Positions 54,854-59,350 of a stretch of DNA of 59,350 bases are shown piece by piece. Source of the DNA: Luteitalea sp. (GTDB lineage: Bacteria; Acidobacteriota; Vicinamibacteria; Vicinamibacterales; CAVVIG01). The stretch spans positions 1-59,350 of the forward strand of contig WHSN01000006.1 in assembly GCA_009380045.1 (NCBI GenBank), read 5' to 3'. Numbering within the stretch: the stretch's first letter is position 1; every line of letters starts with the position of its first letter. A program made the translations under genes and the position numbers. Under the pieces are notes generated by a model. It searched no databases, was not told the origin of the DNA, and saw only the letters and a list, made by a program, of their open reading frames with translations.

Positions 54854-57223
54854 ATGCGTCGTTCGTTGCTGTGCGCCGTTCTGTGGCTGTTCATTCCACT
54901 GCCTGCCGCTCACGCGGCGGTCCCCGGGACGGCTGACGTCGTCGAGCAGTCCGTACCACCGGCGACTGTGCGTGGTCGCGTCGTCGATCCCAGCAGCGGC
55001 GCCATCGCCGGTGCCCAGGTGACCGTCACCTCCGACCGGCCCGGTGCGCCCGCATCGGCGGTGACCAACCAGGAAGGCGAGTTCGAGATCGCGATGATCC
55101 CGGGCGGTTACACCGTCCGAGTCAACGCGAGCGGATTCGTCGAGGCGTCACAGCGCGTCACGCTGCGCCAGGGCGCCCCGGCGACGGCCGACTTCACGCT
55201 GCAAATTGCCGCCTTGCAGGAGTCGGTCAGCGTCGGCGCGACCCTCGGTTACGCGGTTCCTGCGTTGTCATCGGCCACCAAGACCGCGACTCCGCTGCGC
55301 GACGTCCCCCAGGCCGTCAGCATCGTCTCGAGCGCGCTCATCGCGGACCAGCGCATGTCGAGCATGGCCGACGTGGTGCGGTACATGCCGGGCGTCGGCA
55401 TCGCTCAAGGCGAGGGCAACCGCGACACCCCGATCCTGCGCGGCAACAGCACGACCTCGGATTTCTTCGTCGACGGCGTTCGCGACGATGTGCAGTATTT
55501 CCGCGATGTCTACAACGTCGAGCGGGTGGAGGCGCTCAAAGGCCCCAACGCCATGATTTTCGGCCGCGGCGGTGTCGGTGGCGTGATCAATCGTGTGACG
55601 CGGCAGGCAGAGTGGGGACAGGCACGGGAAGCATCGCTGCAGTTTGGCTCCTGGGACAACAAGCGCTTCACGGCCGACGTCGGCCGTGGCCTCAACGAGA
55701 CGGTCGCCCTCCGTGCCACAGCGCTCTACGAGAACTCGGGTTCTTATCGAGACGGCGTCGACATCGAGCGCCACGGTTTCAACCCGACGGCCGCCATCCG
55801 CGTGAGCCCGAACACCACGCTCCGCGCCGGCTACGAGTACTTCCACGATCAGCGCACCGCCGACCGCGGCATCTCGTCGTTCAACGGCCGTCCGGTGAAC
55901 ACCGATCCCGGCACCTTCTTCGGCGACCCGGCGCGGAGTCCGGCCGAGGCCACGGTCAATCTCCTCTCGTCAACTCTCGAGCACCGGTTTGGTTCCCGCC
56001 TGACGCTGAGAAATCGCGTCAGCTACGGCGACTACGACAAGTTCTACCAGAACGTGTTCCCTGGCGCGGTGAACGCGGCGGCGACCTCTGTCGCCATTTC
56101 TGCGTACAACAGCGCGACCACCCGCCACAACCTGTTCAATCAGACAGACCTGATCGTGTCGGCGAACACCGGCCGCTTTGGACACACGGTGCTGTTGGGG
56201 ACGGAGTTCGGCAGGCAGGAAACCGACAACTTCCGGAACACCGGGTTCTTCCCGACCCTCGGGGCGAACGTCACGTCGTTCCAGGCGCCGCTCAGCGCTC
56301 CGACGGTGTCGTTGCCGTTGGCCTTCCGCCAGAACGCAACCGATGCCGACAATGGCGGTGTGTCCACCGTCGCCGCGGTCTACGCTCAGGACCAAATCGC
56401 GCTCTCCGAGCAGGTGGACGCCGTCGTCGGGCTCCGGCTCGACCGCTTCGCCACCGACTTCACCAACAATCGCACCGCGGCCGACTTCTCGAGCGCCGAC
56501 GGCCTCCTCTCACCGCGCCTGGGCGTCATCTACAGGCCGATGTTGCCGCTCTCGGTGTACGGCAGCTACAGCCTGACCTATCTGCCCCGCGCCGGCGAAC
56601 AGTTGTCGTCACTGTCGCTGACGAATCAGGCGCTCGATCCCGAGGAGTTCCGCAACTACGAGGTCGGCGCCAAGTGGGACATCGTCGCTTCCTTCTCGTT
56701 CACGGCTGCCCTGTACCGCCTCGATCGCGGGAACGTCATCGTTCCCGATCCGGAGGATCCGACGCTGTCGATTCTGGTCGACGCACAGCGGACCAAGGGC
56801 CTGGAGATCGGACTGAACGGAACCATCGCCGGCGCCTGGAGCGTGGCCGGCGGGTATGCCTACCAGGACGGCGAGATCACCCGCTCGATCTCCGCCACCG
56901 CCCAGGCGGGCGCCACGCTGGCGCAGTTGCCGAAGCACTCGATTTCCCTCTGGAACAAATACGACATCACGCCCCGCCTGGCGGCCGCCCTCGGCCTGAT
57001 CTATCGGGGCGACGTGTTCACATCGACGGACAATCTGGTCGTGCTGCCGGACTGGACGCGCGTCGACGCCGCGGTGTACTACGACCTGACGTCGATGTTC
57101 CGTGCGCAGGTCAACGTCGAGAACCTGTTCGACGAGAACTACTACCTGAACGCACACAGCAACACCAACATCAGCCCCGGCTCACCGCGAGCGGTTCGTT
57201 TCACCTTGACGACGAGATTCTAG
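54854..57223 (+). CDS. TonB-dependent siderophore receptor (Fiu/catecholate-like) with an N-terminal carboxypeptidase-like domain
   Basis: GAGGAG RBS; SATKTATPLRDVPQAVSIV, QGEGNRD, NVERVEALKGPNAMIFGRG and NVENLFDENYY motifs; C-terminal Phe. Confidence 0.93.
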   Translation: MRRSLLCAVLWLFIPLPAAHAAVPGTADVVEQSVPPATVRGRVVDPSSGAIAGAQVTVTSDRPGAPASAVTNQEGEFEIAMIPGGYTVRVNASGFVEASQRVTLRQGAPATADFTLQIAALQESVSVGATLGYAVPALSSATKTATPLRDVPQAVSIVSSALIADQRMSSMADVVRYMPGVGIAQGEGNRDTPILRGNSTTSDFFVDGVRDDVQYFRDVYNVERVEALKGPNAMIFGRGGVGGVINRVTRQAEWGQAREASLQFGSWDNKRFTADVGRGLNETVALRATALYENSGSYRDGVDIERHGFNPTAAIRVSPNTTLRAGYEYFHDQRTADRGISSFNGRPVNTDPGTFFGDPARSPAEATVNLLSSTLEHRFGSRLTLRNRVSYGDYDKFYQNVFPGAVNAAATSVAISAYNSATTRHNLFNQTDLIVSANTGRFGHTVLLGTEFGRQETDNFRNTGFFPTLGANVTSFQAPLSAPTVSLPLAFRQNATDADNGGVSTVAAVYAQDQIALSEQVDAVVGLRLDRFATDFTNNRTAADFSSADGLLSPRLGVIYRPMLPLSVYGSYSLTYLPRAGEQLSSLSLTNQALDPEEFRNYEVGAKWDIVASFSFTAALYRLDRGNVIVPDPEDPTLSILVDAQRTKGLEIGLNGTIAGAWSVAGGYAYQDGEITRSISATAQAGATLAQLPKHSISLWNKYDITPRLAAALGLIYRGDVFTSTDNLVVLPDWTRVDAAVYYDLTSMFRAQVNVENLFDENYYLNAHSNTNISPGSPRAVRFTLTTRF

Positions 57224-57321
57224 ACTGGGCGCGGCAGACCAGGCTGGTGATCCCTGCCTCGTCTCCGGCCCTCGGATGCACCGATGACATACACAACGTG
57301 GATCTCGCGGTAGGGGCGGCG

Positions 57322-58413
57322 ATGGACAACACCGCCAACGGTCCGGCCCTCCTGGTTCATCGGCTGACACTCGAGTATGGCGCCGTGCGCGCGCTCGACA
57401 CCGTGTCGTTCGCCATCGATCGCGGAGCCATCTTCTGCCTGCTCGGGCCTTCCGGATCGGGGAAATCCTCGGCGCTGCGCCTGATCGCCGGACTCGAGCG
57501 CCCGACCTCCGGGGAGATCGTGATCGACGGTGAGCTCGTGGCTGGCGCCGGCGTCTTCGTCGAGCCCGAGCGACGCCGTGTCGGCATGGTGTTCCAGGAC
57601 TTCGCCCTGTTTCCTCATCTCACCGTCAAAGGCAACGTCGCTTTCGGGATCCGTGGCCGCAGGCGGGCCGAGGTGGACGAGACAGTTGGCAGGCTGTTGG
57701 CTGACGTCGGATTGGCCGACCGCTCGAACAGCTACCCCCACATGCTGTCGGGCGGCGAGCGGCAGCGTGTGGCGCTGGCGCGCGCACTGGCGCCGAAGCC
57801 ACAGGTTCTCCTGATGGATGAACCGTTCTCGAGCCTCGACTCGCGCCTGCGGGAACAGGTACGCCACCAGACGATCGACATCCTCAGGCGCACCGGCACG
57901 ACGGCGATTCTCGTCACGCACGATCCGAGCGAAGCGATGCGGATCGCCGACCGGATCGGCGTGCTCTCGAGCGGCCGGCTGGCGCAGTTCGGCACCGCCG
58001 CCGAGATCTACCGAAGACCCTGTTCGCCCCAGATGGCGTGCAGCTTCGGCGCGGTGAACACGATGGAGGCGGCGGTCGAGGACGGGTCGCTCCGCACGCC
58101 GCTGGGTGATTTCCGGGCTCCGCCGAGCGCAGAGCCAGGCCTGGCGACTGTCTGCATTCGCCCGCAGCACATCTGCCTCCACCCCGACGGTCCGGGAGTG
58201 CGGGGCCGGGTGACCGGCGTGACATGTATCGGCGACGCCACCGAGGTGCAGCTGCGAGTGGACGACCTGCGCATCATGGCGCGGGTATCGGACATGACGA
58301 GCTTCTCGATTGGCGACGATCCCTGCGTGATCGTCGATCCCTCTCATCTGTTCATTTTTCCCCGGCAGGGCCGAGTGGCGCCGGACGTCGCGGCATTGGG
58401 AGTAGCAGTCTGA
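57322..58413 (+). CDS. fbpC: Fe(III) ABC transporter ATP-binding subunit
   Basis: GPSGSGKS, VFQDFALFPHL, LSGGERQRVALARAL and LLMDEPFS motifs, with a TOBE-like tail. Confidence 0.85.
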   Translation: MDNTANGPALLVHRLTLEYGAVRALDTVSFAIDRGAIFCLLGPSGSGKSSALRLIAGLERPTSGEIVIDGELVAGAGVFVEPERRRVGMVFQDFALFPHLTVKGNVAFGIRGRRRAEVDETVGRLLADVGLADRSNSYPHMLSGGERQRVALARALAPKPQVLLMDEPFSSLDSRLREQVRHQTIDILRRTGTTAILVTHDPSEAMRIADRIGVLSSGRLAQFGTAAEIYRRPCSPQMACSFGAVNTMEAAVEDGSLRTPLGDFRAPPSAEPGLATVCIRPQHICLHPDGPGVRGRVTGVTCIGDATEVQLRVDDLRIMARVSDMTSFSIGDDPCVIVDPSHLFIFPRQGRVAPDVAALGVAV

Positions 58414-59350
58414 TGATGCGTTGGTCGAAGCTCGGGTTCTGCGCGACATGGCTTGCGGTGTTGACCTTCGTGATGCCGGTGGCAGCGGGTGCGCAGGAAG
58501 TGAACCTGTACACCACGCGCGAGCCAGGGCTCATTCAACCGTTGCTCGACTCGTTCACCAAGGCGACGGGCGTCAAGGTGAGCTCCATCTTCGTCAGGGA
58601 CGGCCTGGCGGAGCGCGTGGCGGCGGAGGGCGCGAAGTCGCCCGCTGACGTGCTGATGACCGTGGATTTCGGGAACCTGCTCGACCTGACCGACAAGGGG
58701 CTCACGCAGCCGATTCAGTCGGTGGCGCTCGAGAAGGCCGTGCCGTCAAACCTGCGCGGTGGCAAAGGGGAATGGTTCGCGTTGTCCCTGCGGGCCCGCG
58801 TCGTCTACGCCTCGAAGACCCTGGCGCTCAAGAGCGTCGCCTACGAAGATCTGGCCGATCCTCGCTGGAAGGGAAAGATCTGCATCCGTTCGGGGCAGCA
58901 CCCCTACAACACGGCACTGATCGCCGCCTACATCGCGCACCATGGCGAGGCCGCAGCCGAAACATGGCTTCGAGCGGTCAAGGACAACCTGGCGAGGCCG
59001 GCGACGGGCGGCGACCGCGAGGTGGCCAGGGACATCATGGGGGCGATCTGCGACATCGGCGTCGGAAACTCGTACTACGTCGGGCTGATGCGAGGCGGCG
59101 GCGGTGGTCCGCAACAGGTCAAGTGGGGACAGGCAATCGACGTCGTGCTGCCGACGTTTCGGCAGGGCGGAACGCACGTGAACCTGTCCGGCGCCTCGGT
59201 GGCAAAGTACGCGCCGCACCGCGCCGAGGCGGTCCGGCTGCTGGAGTATCTCGCTTCGGACGAAGCGCAGAAGCTGTACGCCGAAGCCAACTTCGAGTAC
59301 CCGGTCAAGGCAGGCGCCCCGATTCATCCGATCATTGCCGCGCTCGGACC
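58413..59350 (+). CDS. fbpA: Fe(III) ABC transporter substrate-binding protein, 3'-partial
   Basis: Not in the ORF track because it is open to the window end. Reads MMRWSKLG...EVNLYTTREPGL...EGAKSPADVL...KICIRSGQHPYN...GGDR...NSYY...NFEYPV. Confidence 0.9.
   Translation, partial: MMRWSKLGFCATWLAVLTFVMPVAAGAQEVNLYTTREPGLIQPLLDSFTKATGVKVSSIFVRDGLAERVAAEGAKSPADVLMTVDFGNLLDLTDKGLTQPIQSVALEKAVPSNLRGGKGEWFALSLRARVVYASKTLALKSVAYEDLADPRWKGKICIRSGQHPYNTALIAAYIAHHGEAAAETWLRAVKDNLARPATGGDREVARDIMGAICDIGVGNSYYVGLMRGGGGGPQQVKWGQAIDVVLPTFRQGGTHVNLSGASVAKYAPHRAEAVRLLEYLASDEAQKLYAEANFEYPVKAGAPIHPIIAALG

Noticed and set aside
55612-57321. 933-aa ORF 55612-58413 as a giant ATPase fusion
   Set aside because: The 5' part is an off-frame shadow of the TonB receptor; the real ATPase starts near 57322.
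16914-58449. Long antisense or alternate-frame ORFs (e.g. 16914-18428, 24000-25715, 34243-35376, 40203-41666, 45239-46672, 57220-58449)
   Set aside because: Typical stop-poor shadows of real genes in high-GC DNA, with Arg/Pro/Ala-rich, motif-free translations.
1-59350. CRISPR arrays, tRNA/rRNA genes, IS elements
   Set aside because: No repeat-spacer series, cloverleaf/rRNA signatures or transposase motifs were seen by eye; a dedicated scan was not possible.

Overview
This is a high-GC, gene-dense bacterial window. The gene families (carboxypeptidase-regulatory-domain TonB receptors, a PadR/ADOP permease pair, DUF6152, repeated secreted 'PDLxGxW' proteins, CRTAC1/FG-GAP proteins) point to Acidobacteriota, probably Vicinamibacteria (inference). 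I saw no rRNA, tRNA, CRISPR array, transposase or prophage. In order, it carries: (1) a phosphate module (alkaline phosphatase and a porin, each with Pho-box-like repeats) next to an arsenic module (arsR-arsN2 plus a decayed GAPDH remnant); (2) two ArsR-SRPBCC units; (3) a PQQ dehydrogenase and a VOC protein; (4) a TonB receptor locus with cupin, NHL and amidohydrolase genes; (5) a ~13 kb cluster (22020-35232) that is the best candidate for an undescribed system; (6) a decayed PadR/ADOP region with a mini tail-collar gene; (7) a diheme cytochrome c, secreted paralogues, a second TonB receptor, a second CRTAC1/TPR pair, DUF6152 and a YbbP-like permease; and (8) an iron-uptake operon with a Fur-box-like site that runs off the end. 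The candidate cluster has no PKS or NRPS. It combines enediyne-cassette-like UnbV/UnbU (E4/E5) homologues, a PrnC-like flavin halogenase, a radical SAM enzyme resembling archaeal RaSEA, a glutaminase-less asparagine-synthetase-like ligase and a His/Cys-rich membrane redox/metal module. All family calls come from motif recognition by eye; no database searches were run.
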